64,000 bases of DNA from Leucoraja ocellata (lineage: Eukaryota): positions 124,001-188,000 of the forward strand of contig JAWMAR010001106.1 of the NCBI GenBank assembly GCA_036785375.1, written 5' to 3'. Of the stretch, positions 37,971 to 53,097 are shown in pieces. The position numbers and the translations under genes are program-made. Below the pieces are notes generated by a model, which was given only the letters and a program-made list of their open reading frames with translations, ran no database searches and had not been told where the DNA came from. Position 1 is the first letter of the stretch, and every line of letters starts with the position of its first letter.

Positions 37971-40900
37971 CTCCTACCATCAAGTCGTCTCGATCTTACT
38001 CCATTTGGGCTCTGTTTTGTGTCTGTTTTCAGATTGAGACCAACAACCATCGTTCCACAAACAGTGACTCACATTTCACTACTTAGTCCCTCATTATATA
38101 TTTACCAGTGCACATGGTATGGTGGCCTATTCATAAATTCATACATTTTGTCGCAGTGATAAAAGTGACTAGTTGCGCCTCCAGAGCCAATGAAATCCCG
38201 ATAATCAGCGGAAAGGCCGGATGTTCTGTTTTTGTTTTCCTGGATCCCGATGAAGGAATTGCTAGGGTATAATTCGCAGTGGTTCCTTAGATGGAAGGAG
38301 GTAATGCGGTGATGGGATTGGTAAATAATATTACAAGTAGACCTCCGTGATATTTTGTTCCAATTTCCATTAGGGTGTGGAAAGAGGGCAATCACAACAA
38401 TTTGCATGGACATTTTCAAGCGGTTAATCCGCTCCCCCCTCCCCAAAAATGTAATCCCGGGTCCTTTTAATAGCTTCTGTTTTGATAACCACTTCACAGC
38501 CTTCTGTTAGATTGCCCTACCCTTCACTACTTCTCTGGTGCAGGAGACTCAACTTGCGATTCAATTGTAAGATTTGTCTGCCCGATGCAGAAACAATCTC
38601 CTACGTCGCTACATTTACGAAACCCGGCGAGGTACGTCATCCTATCCGTTACGCAACAACTTATTTTTTAATCTTTAAATTTTATATTTGTAGTAGTGTG
38701 ATTTTTGATATTGGATATCTCCATACCTCCAGATTCACGGCCACTTTCTTCCCATCTATTATCAGGCAACTGAACCACCATACCGCAATCTGAGAGCAGT
38801 CCAGAAGTATTATCTTCCACAACCACCACCAATGTCCAACATGCACTCAAATTCATTTAAACCATCTCCGCCACCTCCCTCCCCTTTCTTGATCTCACCG
38901 TCGCCATTACAGGAGATAGACTATGGACTGGCATCTATTACAAACCCACTGATTCCCACAACTGTCTCGACTACATTTCTTCCCAACCTGCTTCCTATAA
39001 ATACTTTATCTCCTTTTCCCCGTTTCTCCGTCTATGCCGCATCAGCGCCCAATACATAATAGGACACCTGATGAGTCCTCAATTCTTTAGTGAACAGGGA
39101 ACGCCTCTTCCATCATAGACGAGACCCTCGCACGTGTGTCCTCGCTGCTCGGCAAATCCGCCCTTGCCCCCCTCGCCGCCGTAGTCCTAACAGTTTCAGA
39201 GTCCCTCTTGGCCTTGCATCTCACCCCATCAGCCGTCGCGTACAACACAGAATCCTCCGACTTTAAAGCCACCTCCAAATGGATCCTATTTCAATCTCCA
39301 CCCTTTTCCAACTTCCGCAGAAACATTTCCCTCCGCAACTCCCTGGTTAATTCTCCCTTCCCACTCAAACTACGCCTATATCCTATAATTCTATTAAAAG
39401 TAAAGGGGAACAGGTTATTTTAATGGTGGTATGGTCGTCTACGCGTGGAGCCATACGAGATGGACGAGGTCTTAAATGAATACCTCTCATCTTCATTTAC
39501 CATGGGGAAGTTTATACAAGGGAATTGGAGGAATAGTATAGGGACGTCCAGAAGCACACGGCCATTACGGCGAGGGGGCGCTGGCAGTGTTGAGGAACGA
39601 ATACGTGGATAACGGCCTGCCGAGATATACTATGAGGTTCCGTGGGGAGGAAGTATAGAAATGCCGGGGTCCTGGCAGAGGTGATTTGTATCTTCCTTCG
39701 CCAGAGGTGACGTCCTGGGCTATTGGAGCGTGGATAGCATTTGGCCTATATTGGGGAAGGACTGAAAGACAATCTGCGGATCCACCTTCTCGAGAGCGTA
39801 GTAAATGAATGTGAGAGGAATTTGACAGGCATGATCTATTTGCACTTATAACAGTCAGGACTAATTGGGAATAACCAGTGGCCAATGCAGTTCTTTGGAC
39901 GTTGTTTACATGGACTTTAGCAACGCATTTGTCAAGTTCCTTAAACGTAGGCTAAGATCTGGGATTCGGTGAGAGCTAACCAAATGGGTACATAATTGGC
40001 TTGATGGTGGGTATCAGAAGGTGGTAGAGGAGAGTTGTTATCCAGGTAGTTTTCCAGATTGGAGGTTTATGGCAGGATCGGAGCTGGATCCGCTTGTGAT
40101 GCCATGTTGATGCCATGTATGGTAATCATTCGGATTAGAAAACACTTCGCCGTATCAAAATTTTAACAGGCGACAATCAATGAATTTGTGAGGCGACTGC
40201 AATGGTAGCATTTCATTCGAGAGGGCTAGAATACAATAATAGAGATGTATTGCTGAGGCTTTATCAAGCACAGTATTGTGAGTAGTTTTGTGCCAAATCT
40301 GAGGAAGGTTGTGCTGGCGTTGGAGACGGTCCCAGCAGGTTTACCAGAATGATTCCAGGAATAATTGTGTTAACATATGATGAGCGTTTATAGGCACTAA
40401 GGCCTGTAATCTGGCGTTTAAAAGGATGTGACGGGACCTCATAAAAACTTAGGAATGAGTAAAATGCCGGGTAGAATGAATGTGGAGAGGATGTTTCCAA
40501 CAGTGGGAGAGTTGATGACCAGAGGTCATATACTCAGATTAAAAGGATGTGCCTTTAGAAAGGAGGTAAAATAGAATTTATTTCGTTAGAAGGTGGTGTG
40601 TCTGTGGAATTCATTACCACAGACGGCAGTGGAGGCCATCAATGACAGATTATTGATTAGTTAGGTTGGCAGAAGCTATGGGACGAAAGCGGGAGAATTG
40701 GGTTGAGAGCAAAAATTCTGTTCTTTGAACGTATGAAGGTATGAGTTGAGTGGCGGAGAGGAATGAATGCCTAAACCACAACTAGATCGGCACCAATTGG
40801 GGAATTGGATCATAGAATAACAGATGCAGAGGAACTCGAACGAGCATGAATTTATGCAGTTGAGGAAGTTAACCCAAGGCATGACGTACACAATAAATGG

Positions 40901-42943
40901 CAGGGCCCAGGAGAATGTTGTGGAATTTTGACCGGAGATTCCATTATCCTAATGTCCATATTTCTTTTATCCAATCAATCGCAGAAAATCTAAGGTTCCT
41001 TGCATAATAAGATATTTCATTTCCCACAATAATTAATAAATGCTGTCAGATGAAACCAGCTCAGTTTATAAGGATCTGTTTTCATGATGTTTAGTTCTAT
41101 GAGTCCAGTAGCAAGTGCAGCGGATAAAAGTGAAACGATAATGTTGATACATTTGGATTTTCGGAACACATCTGACAGATTGCAGCATCAAACAGGATTA
41201 TGGAAAATTAATGCTCGTCGTATACGAGATAACCTACTCGGATTAGCGGAGTTTGGTTACCTGACAAGAATTGGACCAGAGCATAATTTGGTCTATTTTC
41301 CGATGGATAATTATAACAAGTGATGTGCCAGTGGTATAAGTGCATAAGTCTCAATATTATGTGACTTGCACAAATGACTTAAATGAAAGCTGCAAATGAG
41401 TGGTTGCTATATTTGCCTATTGCCAATGACAGGTGGGAAACTTAGTTGCAAAGAGGACCAAAGGCGGCATTGATAGTTAGATTTTAGGATGACAAATTAA
41501 ATTTTGAGTAAACTGCGATATAACCGAATTTTGAGATGCAAAGCAACCTGCCGCCTTTACACATGGTTCGCTGGGAATTAGTTTGCAAGCAGACAAAACA
41601 TAATATCATTGGTTATTGTGAGCAAATGTAATGCTTTTGTTACATCGAGCATTGATAAGAAAAGGTGTGAAGTACAGCACTGATCACCTTTTTTAAGAAT
41701 GCATGTAGACCTGTTGGTGGTACTTCAGAAAACACTTGCAGGACATACACACGAAAGTCGAAAACGTCAGAAAAGACGATGCAGGGATGAGACTTTGTAT
41801 CAGGAGTGAAAGGCCTTTATTTACGAGTGAAGAGTGTTTTATTGTCAGATGCGCCGAAACTGAACAATGATACTCGTGCTTGCTGCAGCACAACATAATT
41901 TAAACACAGTACTCAGTAAACATCGTAATAAACAACACAATTATGTAAACGAACAATAATAGCGCAGAGACGACAAAAAAAAAAAGACAATGCCGCATTT
42001 TCATGTACTTCGGAGCTTATTTAGTTTAGTTTCGATTAGTTTAGGGATACAGCGCGGAAACAGGACCTTTGGCTCACCGTGTCAGCACCCACCAGCGATC
42101 CCCGCGTATTAACACTATCCTACACACACGAGGAACAATTTACAATTTACAATTTACACAGACACCAAGCTAATTAACCTGTATACCTCTTCGTCTTCGG
42201 AGTGTGTGAAGAAACCGAAGATTTCGGAAAAAAACCCACGCGTTCACGGAGAGAACGTAGAAACTCCGTACAGACAGCACCCGTCGCCGCGATCGACCAC
42301 GGACCGGTGCTGCTCTTATTTGGGAGCAGTGTTTCATGATCTGAAAGAAATTGCTCCCGAACCTGTCATTGCTTGATATTGTTTGGTCTGTGAGCTGCAT
42401 GTCAATAAGCGATTAATTGTAATCTCGCGTTACGACCATAATTGAATCTTCTGTAATTTGATTTTCATCTGGTGATGCGTTTTTTTTTCTCAGTCGTGGG
42501 TCTTTGAAAATATCTTCTTAAAATTATATTTAAAGCAAATTTTAAATAATGTTTTTTGAATTATAAAGCTAGGTGGATGATTAATAAACAGTTGATGAAT
42601 ATTTACAGGAAAAAGCGGAAAAAACGGATCTTACAGTTAGATCAACGTCAGACGGGCGAAGCTCAGGCGATTGAATGGCGTTCTCTTGCTCCGAGTTCAT
42701 CTGTCTGTACATGGTGAACGAGGCATGGGTCATACATTTCAGAGTCCGCGTATAATCTCAAGTTATTGGCCTTTTGCCTCCAAACAATCAAGTGCTCGAT
42801 TTCCAATGTCTCCATGCCCATCCATATCTGTAAATTCACTTTATATGGAACAGCTGAGATTGAGTTAATGCATGATTCGAACTGGAGACAGTAAGTGAAT
42901 CAACGGATATAATACATCATAGGGTGATTAAATGGAAATCAAC

Positions 42944-43857
42944 TCAGCATAATTTAAATAACATAACAATGAAATTCAGTGGATATTTTACCCCACTCAT
43001 TAACTGCTCTTTGATTTTTTGCTGCGTTCCTGCATAAATGAATGGATTTATACATGAACTCAAAAGCTGAAGCATAGATCCGGTTTCTTCCAACGCAAAA
43101 TTTGAATCATTGAAGTTAGAACCCGAGAAATATCGAACCTTCGCAATGCGAACATAAAGAAATGTGATGAAAACTAACGCCCATGACAGGATGAAACCGC
43201 AAGATATTAACAGGAGCAAAACGATGGATTTTCTCCGGTTTTCCATTTCTGGATCACATTGATTATCTCCGTTTCTGTAGGACATTAATCTCCTTCGAGT
43301 TCTCATTGCAGCTACAATATGTCTGACGGTGAGTACATTGAAAAGTAGTATCAGAAAGAATGGAAGGCATGGAGTTAAGATGCGGTGAATACAATCAAAG
43401 GCACCCCATGCAGGCAAGGTAGTGAAAGATAACTTTATTTGGCAGAGCCAGCGGACGCCGTCAGTTATAAATGAAGGCTCGTATATAAAATACCATGGAA
43501 TGTTTCTGACACAACTCACTGCACAAATTGTTACGATGACAATGACCGCTGTTTTCTCAGTGCAGTACTTAGCTTTCAGCTTCTGGCAACAAATGGCTAT
43601 ATATCGGTCAAGTGTGAACACCACTGTCACCCAGACTGCACAGTCTTGGATTCCATAAATTAGAGCAAGGCTGACGCTGCAGACTGGATTGATGGACATG
43701 AAGCTGAATGGGAAATATATACGTACCACTCGGTTAAATATCACAGCCGTGATAATGACTAAGAGATCGGTCACAGCCATAGCCACCAGGTAGCAAGTGA
43801 TGCATTTGGAAAGGCCGCACCTACCTTGGGACAGTACCACGATCACTGCCAGATTAG
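42944..43857 (-). CDS. G4 exon 2: intact GPR139/GPR142-like orphan class A GPCR
   Basis: 914-nt open exon with DRY and NPFIY; TM6 reads SWALVF. Confidence 0.92.
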
Positions 43858-44639
43858 CTGTAGATGAAAAATAGCAAGTGCTAGTCAATGAATACATCCC
43901 AGACCTCAAACAACGAGGAACAAAAACTCTAGAATCTCATCAGGTCTGTCCGTGTCAGTAAACGATGAACACCATTAGCCTGATGAATCGCACCGACATT
44001 ATTGCGCCCTCTCATCGATCCATTTCCACAAATGCATTTCTAACAGCAGTTTCAATACACTGCTGCCATGAGCTTAGTTCCGTTACTGGCGGAGTTGAAA
44101 CGGAACAAGGCGGGAACAAATCGTTTCAGATATCGCAGATATCATATCAACGAATGTACAAAATAATAGGGCCTATGGGACAACCATGCCATAAACGCAT
44201 TGTAATAACTATTTTGCAATTAATAACCCCAATTCACAAAACCTGGTAGCAATACCGCGACTCTGCGTGTCAGGCAGCATCTTAGATCAGCATCAGAGAA
44301 ATGCGTCCTGACCCGCTGAGTTACTCCAGCATTTTGTGTCCACCCATTGGTGAAAGGCGATGTTTCTGGACTAGGAGTGAGAATGCCAACTCTTTTCCCT
44401 TTTTCGACAAAAGCTGATTGAACATGAATATTTCCTTTATTTTATGTTCTTCGATTTAATGATACACATCGGTAGTGGAACATTTCGGACGTCGTAATAT
44501 ATTAAATCGGGCGAAGGAAGTTCATATAAGCCGTAATTATCGTCGTTTCACGAGTGATGCATCACTCTCATTCAGATAAGACGCTAGATTTACAATCGAA
44601 CATTATAACCAGAGGAAATATCTAATAAAAACACTTTAC

Positions 44640-44709
44640 CCGTAACTCCAATAACTCCCAGGACTGGATAGTAAATGGCAAATAGGAGACCTTCCGGTAT
44701 TCCATCCAT
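44640..44709 (-). CDS. G4 exon 1 (MDGIPEGLLFAIYYPVLGVIGVT)
   Basis: 70 nt, ATG start, GTAAAG donor; intron 782 nt. Confidence 0.85.
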
Positions 44710-47214
44710 GTTTATCAGAATTGAGAACACATCTAACACTGCATGCAAAATGGTTTAACCTATAAACCCCAAGACAACCTCCGGGGAGTTACTTGGGTGG
44801 CTTGCTCTGTTCCAATTATAGCATAATTGAAGCAATCAGCATTGCAAATGCCTCTCGGGATCATAGGGGGGCACATGAGACGGCATGTACAGTAACCTTG
44901 AGCAACCCACGATGTGATGTGGCAACTCAGCTGGTCATGCAACTTCTGAAAAGTGAAACGGCTAAATGGTATTTTTGGTCGGAACCTTTCTTCAGACTCA
45001 GACTGTTTCTTATGGTGGTAGTCGACACGCTGTATCTGAAGTGGGGTCCCGACCCTGAGCGTCATCTATCCTTGTTCTCCAGCGATGCTGTCTGATCCGC
45101 TGAGTTACTCAGATTCAGATTCACATTTATCGTCACATGCACCAATTGAGGTACAGATGTATTTGAGTTACCATGCAACCACACAATTAAAAGAACTCAA
45201 CACAATTGAAAAGAACGATATAACTTAACATAAACATCCAACACAGTGATCACTGTGATGGAAGGCAATAAAGTTCAATCAGTCCTCCTCCTTTTGTTCA
45301 CCCGTGTTTGGGGTCTTGCAGATCGCAGGTTCCCGCGGTTGGAGCGCACGAAGACAGTCTCCTGCAAAGGCCACCAACTCCTTGATGTTAGGCCGCAGTG
45401 CGGACTGAGATACGATAGCGAACAAAATCGCATCTCCGTCGAGGTAATGCATTCGAAAAGGTTTTTCCCAACTCCACGCCCCCCCCCCCCCCCCCCGCAC
45501 ATAAAACAAGCTAAAGAACACTAAAAACATACATTTGGCACATCCAAAAAAAACAACAAAGAAGGCAGGAACAAACAGACTTTGCGAGGCAGCCATTACT
45601 GTCGCCAGCCGTTGGAAAGATGTTGCTGAAATGTTCCTGGAATATTATGTGCAGTATACAGTATTATGTCGCCATATCGTGAGTAAAATGAATCCAACAA
45701 ATCGTTACGAATGTTTTTTGTCGCGTATTGTCCTGGAGCGATTAATCACCTTTGTGGTGTCTCCCCTTCGAGTATCGAACATTTAATGTCTATCCCCAGT
45801 CTGACATTCTTCCTACCACTGACTCCCATGGCTATGTGGACTACACTTCTTCCCACCCTGCTTCCTGTAAGGACCCAATTTGCTCCGTCTACGGCATCTG
45901 CTCCCAGGATGAGAGGTTCCACACCAAGGCACCTGAAATGTCCTAATTCTTCAGGGAACCGGTGTTCCCCTCCCCCACCATAGATGAGGCTAGCACCAGG
46001 GTCTCTTGGGTCTCTTCCATACCTCGTAACAGTGCTCTCTCCCCCCCCCCTCGTAACAAGGACAGGGTCCCTCGAGTCCTCACCTGTCGCCCCACTAGCC
46101 GTCACATACAACAAGTAATGCTCCGTCAGTTTCGCCAGCTAATCTCTCATCTTCCGTCGCTCCTGAGAAACAATCCATCCTTTTAGGCGTCAATAGCCAA
46201 GAGAGAACAATTGTCATCTGAAATGGGATCGGAACAATCAATGTCTTACTTTCTGCAGCTTAACTGGCACGTTAACGTATCCACAAGACAAATAAGTATT
46301 GCAACGAAGAATAATACAATAAATGATTAGTTATCATTTACATTACTTACACCTAACATTCTCAATCCGCGCAACATCCTAGCGACCTCTTTAGCATCTA
46401 TCCCGAAGCTTTCACGTGCTTCCTATAATGTGACAATCTGAACTGTACAGAATACTCCATATCTGGTCGAATTAAAGTTTTTTTGCAGGTGCAACATGAC
46501 TTCCCAACTTTTATACCTCATCTCACCTCCTTTCTTTCGTCGTGTGGCTGCGTATCCAATTATACTCACCTTACAACTTTAATTTATTTCAGTTCTCTCT
46601 AACACACACTCTATCATGTTACTAAATGTTTATACAATAGAGATATTGGTAAAATGCGCATCTCAGACATTGGTGGTGAGCATGCGTGAAGTGCTTGTGT
46701 GATTGGCAGAACATTTATCTACAAATACGACGGCTGCAGGAACTCAAGATTACTGCACTTTTTCCGCAAGGATACCGTGACGGAACGTTTAGTCCTGCTG
46801 GAGAGAAAATAAAACTATGTATTTACTTTGTAAGTCGTGATGTCAGCTTCCAGATTTTTTTTTGCGCTGTACGTTGAAGAACGTAATTTAGGGACAATCA
46901 TGGATTGTAACGACGGAAATATGGCTGAAGTGATGAGAGTTCTTGCTTCAGACATCTAGCGAAATTACTTGGAAAATTTTCATTTCGACAAAGAAAGAAA
47001 ACAAAGCATGGGAGTTCGGAGAAACCGTGTGGCATGATTAAGAGAAAGGATGCAAAAGAAATGGTGAAGAGCGATGCTCTCAAAGTGCAGTAATTATATG
47101 TGTGTATATATAAGAAAATTTAAACCCGAATATAATATATCCACATAACTAAAAGTATTTGTCTTGTTTGTGTGTGTGTGCCCACGATGTGTCAATCTGT
47201 TTTTCCTATCATAT

Positions 47215-47300
<86 letters not shown>
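47215..47300 (+). repeat. (GATA)n microsatellite (shorter copy at 28965-29014)
   Basis: Direct reading of the sequence. Confidence 0.95.
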
Positions 47301-50300
47301 TTACTTCATCCCCTTATTCAGGGGAAATTCAGGTGTCCTTGCAGCACACTAATAAAAATATTCCAAACGCTAGTCCACAGCCTTCCCATTTTCACATACC
47401 CTACTCCCATTTTTCCCGTCTTGGCAATACACATCTTCCTGTCGCATTCCCACATATAGTTCCGAAGTTATTAATCCATTAAATTTTCAAAACAGCCCAA
47501 ACAAACTCACCATTTCGGAAAAAAAGTGACGCGACAATGAACTCGCAAGGCAGGACGGGACACTCCGGGAGGGAGGGGCACTCAAGCGCTCGCGGTGAAC
47601 GAGGAGTGGTGGCAGCTGCCGGCGCTCGACGCCCGGCAACAGTCGCCCGACGCCAGATTACCTGGTGGGGAGGGTGGTGTCTCGGGCCGTGCCCGGAGGG
47701 TGGGCCTGGGCTGGAGCCGATCCTGGTGCTGGAGCTGGAGTGAGGGCTTCGGATGGGGCCATGACCGGGGCTGACGGCTGGAGTTTACAGCCAGGGCCAG
47801 CCCGAGTTCGAGAACCAGGCCGAGTTCCTTTCTATTAAAATCTTTTTATTTATTTCCCCCCCCCCCAAAAAAAAAGCCAAAATAAAACATAAAAAACAGA
47901 CCAAATAGAATAATGATAAACATAACAATGGTATTGATACATAGGGATCAGTGTTACATTAATAACAGGCATAGCCTAATATGAGACCAGTGTCAAAATA
48001 CACAATGAATATAGACCTCCCGGTTTCTATGTAAATATAGTTAGATCTTTAAAATGAAACTTATAAATGTTAAAAAAAAAACCACACAGATAAAAAGACA
48101 AATAGAAAAAGAAAAAATGAAAGAAACAAACAACCCCCCCCCCCCTGAACTAAAGAAAGAAAAAAAAGAGAAGATTTGATAATAATAAAATACGAATAAA
48201 AATAAAATAAATAAAAACCAAAGCAAAGCTAAACCAAATCTGAACTGAAAATTTCAACAATGTAGGTCTGTTTGTCGTCAAATCCGTTCCACCCTATAGA
48301 GGTAAAATATATTTTTATAACGGTTAAAGAGGGAGCAATTTATGTTGTATGAAAATGTTCAATAAATTTTCCCCAAGTCTTAGCAAATTTAACCAAGGGT
48401 TCAACAGTGTCACTCCTGATTTTTTTTATAAACTTAAACATGATATCGTTTCCGAATACCACTGGAGTGTGGTCGGAAGGTTGGAGTCTTTCCATTTAAA
48501 TGAAATAGATCTTCTGGTGATTAATGTTGTAAAAGCAATCAACCGATGGTCGGGACGGGACAAATGAATAGAATCTAACATTGGTGGCCCAAAATTTACA
48601 GGTGTCGGGGCCCTTCTTCATACTCTAAGTCATAACTTCGACGTCTGAGTACGAATAAAGGTCTCGTTTCTAAATTCGTCTGCATATTCCCTCCACAGAT
48701 ACTGCCCGACTCATAGAGTTCCACCAGCATTTGTTCTTTTGTTCAAGATTCAAACATCTGGAGTTTTATTTTGTTTCCACGCGACAATGTGTGCGGTTCA
48801 ATCCACGAATGTGGAGAGGATGTTTCCACCAATGAGAGAATTGACCAGAGGCCATGTACTCAGATTAAAAGGATGTGCCTTTAGAAAGGAGATGAAAAGG
48901 AATTTATATCGTCAGAGGGCGGGGTGTCAGTGGAATGTATTATACCAAACGGCCGTGGAGGCCATCAATTACAGATTATTGATTAGTAAGTTTGGCAGGG
49001 GCTATGGGGCGAAAGCGGGAGAATTGGGTTGAGAGCAAATATTCTGTTCCTTGAAGGTGTGGCGCAGAGGAATGAATGCCTAAACCACAACAAGATCTTC
49101 ACCAATTGGGGAATTGGATCATAGGATAACAGATGGAGCGGGACTCGTACGAGCATGAAGTTATGCAGTTGAGGAAGTTAACCCAAGGCATGAAGTACAC
49201 AATAAATGGCAGGGCCCATGAGAATGTTGTCGAGTTTTGACCGGAGATTCCATTATCCTATCGTCCATATTTCTTTTATCTAGCCAATCTCAGCAAATCT
49301 AAGGTGCCTTCCGTAATATGATATTTCATTTCCCACAATAATTAATAAATACTGTCAGATGAAACCAGCTCAGTTTATGTGAAGGCTGTGTGTCCGTGCT
49401 GTTTAGTTCTTTGAGTCCAGTAGCAAGTGCAGCGGATAAATGTAAAACGATAATGTTGATACATTTGGATTTTCTGAACACATCTGATAGATTGCAGCAT
49501 CAAACATGATTATGGAAAATAAATGCTCGTCGTATACGAGATAACCTACTCGGATTAGTGGAGTTTGGCTACCTGACAAGAAATGGACCAGAGCATAATT
49601 TGGTCTATTTTCCGATGGATAAATATACCAAGTGATGTGCCAGGGGTATAAGTGCATAAGTCTCAATATTATGTAACTTACACAAATGACTTAAATGAAA
49701 GCTGCAAATGAGTGGTTGCTAAATTTGCCGATTGCCAATGACAGGTCGGAAACTTAGTTGCAAAGAGGACAACAGACAAAAGATAGTTAGATTTTAGGAT
49801 GACAAATTAAAATAAGAGTAAACTGTGAGATATAACCGAACTTTGAGATGGAAAGTAACCTGCCGCCTTTACACGTGGTTCGCTGGGAATTAGTTTGCAA
49901 GCAGGCCAAACATAGTATTATTGGTTATTGTGAGTAAATGTAATGCTTTTGTTACATCGAGCATTGATAAGAAAAGGTGTGATTTACAGTACTGATCACC
50001 TTTTTTAAGAATGCATGTAGACGTGTTGGAGGTACTTCAGAAAACATTTGCAGGGCATACACACTGAAGTCGAAAACGTAATAATAGACGATGCGGGATA
50101 AGACCTTGTATCCGGAGTGAAAGGCCTTTATTTACAAGGATGAAGAGTGTTTTATTGTCATATGCTCCTAAACTGAACAACGATACTCGTGCTTGCAGCA
50201 GCACAACATAATTTTAACATAGTAATCAGTAAACATCGTAATAAACAACACAATTATGTAAACGAACAATAATAGCGCAAAGACAACAACAACAAAAAAT

Positions 50301-51362
50301 AATGCCGTCTTTTCATGTACTTCGGAGCTTATTTAGTTTAGTTTAGGGATACAGCGCGGAATCAGGTCCTTCGGCCAACAGAGTCCGCACCATCCAGCGA
50401 TCCCCGCGTATTAACACTATCCTACACACACGAGGACCAATTTACAATTTCCACAAACAGCAAACTAATTAACCTGTATACCTCTACGTCTTCGGAGTGT
50501 GGAGAGAAACCGAAGATCTCGGAGAAAACCCACGCGTTCACGGAGAAAACGTGGAAACTCCGCACATACAGCACCCGTCGCCGCGATCGACACCGGGTCT
50601 CCGGCGCTGCGCTTATTTGGCAGCAGTGTTTAATGATCTGATCGTAGAATGAAGGAAACTGCTCCCGCCCCGAGACGTTACAGTTTTGAAGTTCCTATGC
50701 TTTCTTCCACATGGCAGGAATTAAATAAGCGAGTGGCCAGTGTGGAGCGGGCCTCTGATCATGCGGGCTGCATTATAGAAACATAGAAATTACATGCAGG
50801 AGTAGGCCATTCGGCCCTTCGAGCCTGCACCGCCATTCAATATGATCATGGCTGATCATCCAACTCAGTATCCCGTACCTGCCTTCTCTCCATACCCCCT
50901 GATCCCCTTAGCCACAAGGACCACATCTAACTCCCTCTTAAATATAGCCAATGAACTGGCCTCAACTACCCTCTGTGGCAGAGATTATCAAGGACCAAGA
51001 AAGGAGTCGTCAGTACTTCAGTTCGCACTTTCTCGCATTTCAATACACTCTTTACCCCATTCTGCTCTTTTGCATTTGCTGCATTTATCTGTCATTGCTT
51101 GATATTGTTTAGTCTGTGAGCTGCATGTCAATAAGCAATTCATTGTAATCTCGCGTGACAACAATAATTTAATCTTGTGCAATTTGATTTTCATCTAGTG
51201 CTGTGTTTTTTTTCTCAATGAGCCGTGGGTCTTTGAAAATATCTTCTTAAAATGATACTTAAAGCAAATAGTAAATATTATTTTTTGAATATTAAAGGTG
51301 GAGGGAGGTGGATGATTAATACAAAGTTTATGAATAATTACAGGGAAAAGCGGAAAAACTGA

Positions 51363-51887
51363 AGAACATTCTTGCCATAGAGGGTGTACAGAGTATGTTC
51401 CCCACACTGATTCCTAGTATGTCAGGACTTTCATATGAAGAATGACTGGGTAGAGTCGGCTTGTACTCGCTAGAAGTTTGAAGATTGAGGGCGAATCTTA
51501 TAGAAACTTATAATATTCTTAAGACGTTGGACAGGCTAGATGCAGGATGGTTGTTCCCGATGTTGGGGAAGTCCAGAACAAGGGGTCACAGTTTAATGAT
51601 AAAGGGGAAATATATTAGGACCGAGATGAGAAAATCATTTTTTACACAGAGAGTGGCGAATCTCTGGAATTCTCTGCCACAGAATGTAGTTGAGGCCAGT
51701 TCGTTGGCTATATTTAAGAAGGAGTTAGATGAGGCCCTTGTGGCTAAAGGGATCAGGGAGTATGGAGAGAAGGCAGGTACAGGATACCGAGTTGGATGAT
51801 CAGCCATGATCATATTGAATGGCGGGCGGGCTCGAACGGCCGAATGGCCTACTCCTGCACCTATTTTTCTATGTTTCTGTGATTCTA
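51363..51887 (+). mobile_element. CR1 LINE 3' fragment (duplicate of 6246-6770)
   Basis: Same sequence at offset 45117. Confidence 0.88.
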
Positions 51888-52215
51888 TTACAGATAGATC
51901 AACGGTGATACTGCTTGACGGGGGAAACTTGGTGATTGAATGGCGTTCTCTTGCTCCGAGTTCATCTGTCTGTACATGGTGAACGAGGCATGAGACATAC
52001 ATTTCCGAGCCCGTGTCAATCTCAATTTGTTGGCCAGTGTGTACTTTGCCTCTAAACAATCAAGTGCTCGATTTCCAACGTCTCCATGCCCGTCCATGTA
52101 TGTGAATTCACTTTATATGGAACATCTGAGATTGAGTTAATTCACGATTCGAACTGGAGACAGTAACTGGATCAACGGATATAATACATCATAGGATGAT
52201 TAAATGGAAATCAAG

Positions 52216-53097
52216 TCAGCATAATTTAAATAACATAACAATGCAATTCAGTGGATATTTTACCCCATTCATTAACTCCTCTTTGATTTTTTGCTGCGTT
52301 CCTGCATAAATGAATGGATTTATACATGAACGCAAAAGCTGAAGCATAAATCCGCTTTCTTCCAACGTAAAATTTGAATCATTGAAGTTAGAACCCGAGA
52401 AATATCGAACCTTCGCAATCCGAACATAAAGAAATGTGATGAAAACTAACACCCAGGACAGGATGGAACCGCAAGATATTAACAGGAGCAAAATGATGGA
52501 TTTTCTCCGGTTTTCCATTTCTGGGTCACATTGATTATCTCCGTTTCTGTTGGACATTAATCTCCTTCTAGAGAACATTGAATAGTAGTATCAGAAAGAA
52601 TGGAAGGCATGGAGTTATGATGCGGTGAATCCATTCACAGGCACCCCATGCAGGCAAGGTAGTGAAAGATAACTTTAATTTGCAGAACCAGCGGACGCCG
52701 TCAGTTATAAATGAAGGCTCGTATATAAAATACCATGGAATGTTTCTGACACAACTCACTGCACAAATTGTTACGATGACAATGACCGCTTTTTTCTCAG
52801 TGCAGTACTTTGCTTTCAGCTTCTGGAAACAAATGGCTATATATCGGTCAAGTGTGAACATCACTGTCACCCAGACTGCACAGTCTTAGATTCCATAAAT
52901 TAGAACAAGGCTGACGCTGCAGACTGGAGTGATGGACATGAAGCTGAATGGGAAATATATACCTACCACTCGGTTAAATATCACAGCCGTGATAATGACT
53001 AAGAGATCGGTCACAGCCATAGCCACCAGGTAGCAAGTGATGCATTTGGAAAGGCCGCATCTTCCCAGGGACAGTACCACAATCACTGCCAGATTAG
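52216..53097 (-). pseudogene. G5: GPCR pseudogene, near-identical to G1, exon 1 deleted
   Basis: Same TAA stop and 32-nt deletion as G1. A 199-nt deletion at 53983/53984 (TTAC microhomology) removes exon 1. Confidence 0.9.

Noticed and set aside
37103-38086. 327-aa proline-rich ORF
   Set aside because: Frameshifted Penelope sequence plus poly-C tracts; not maintained in sister copies.
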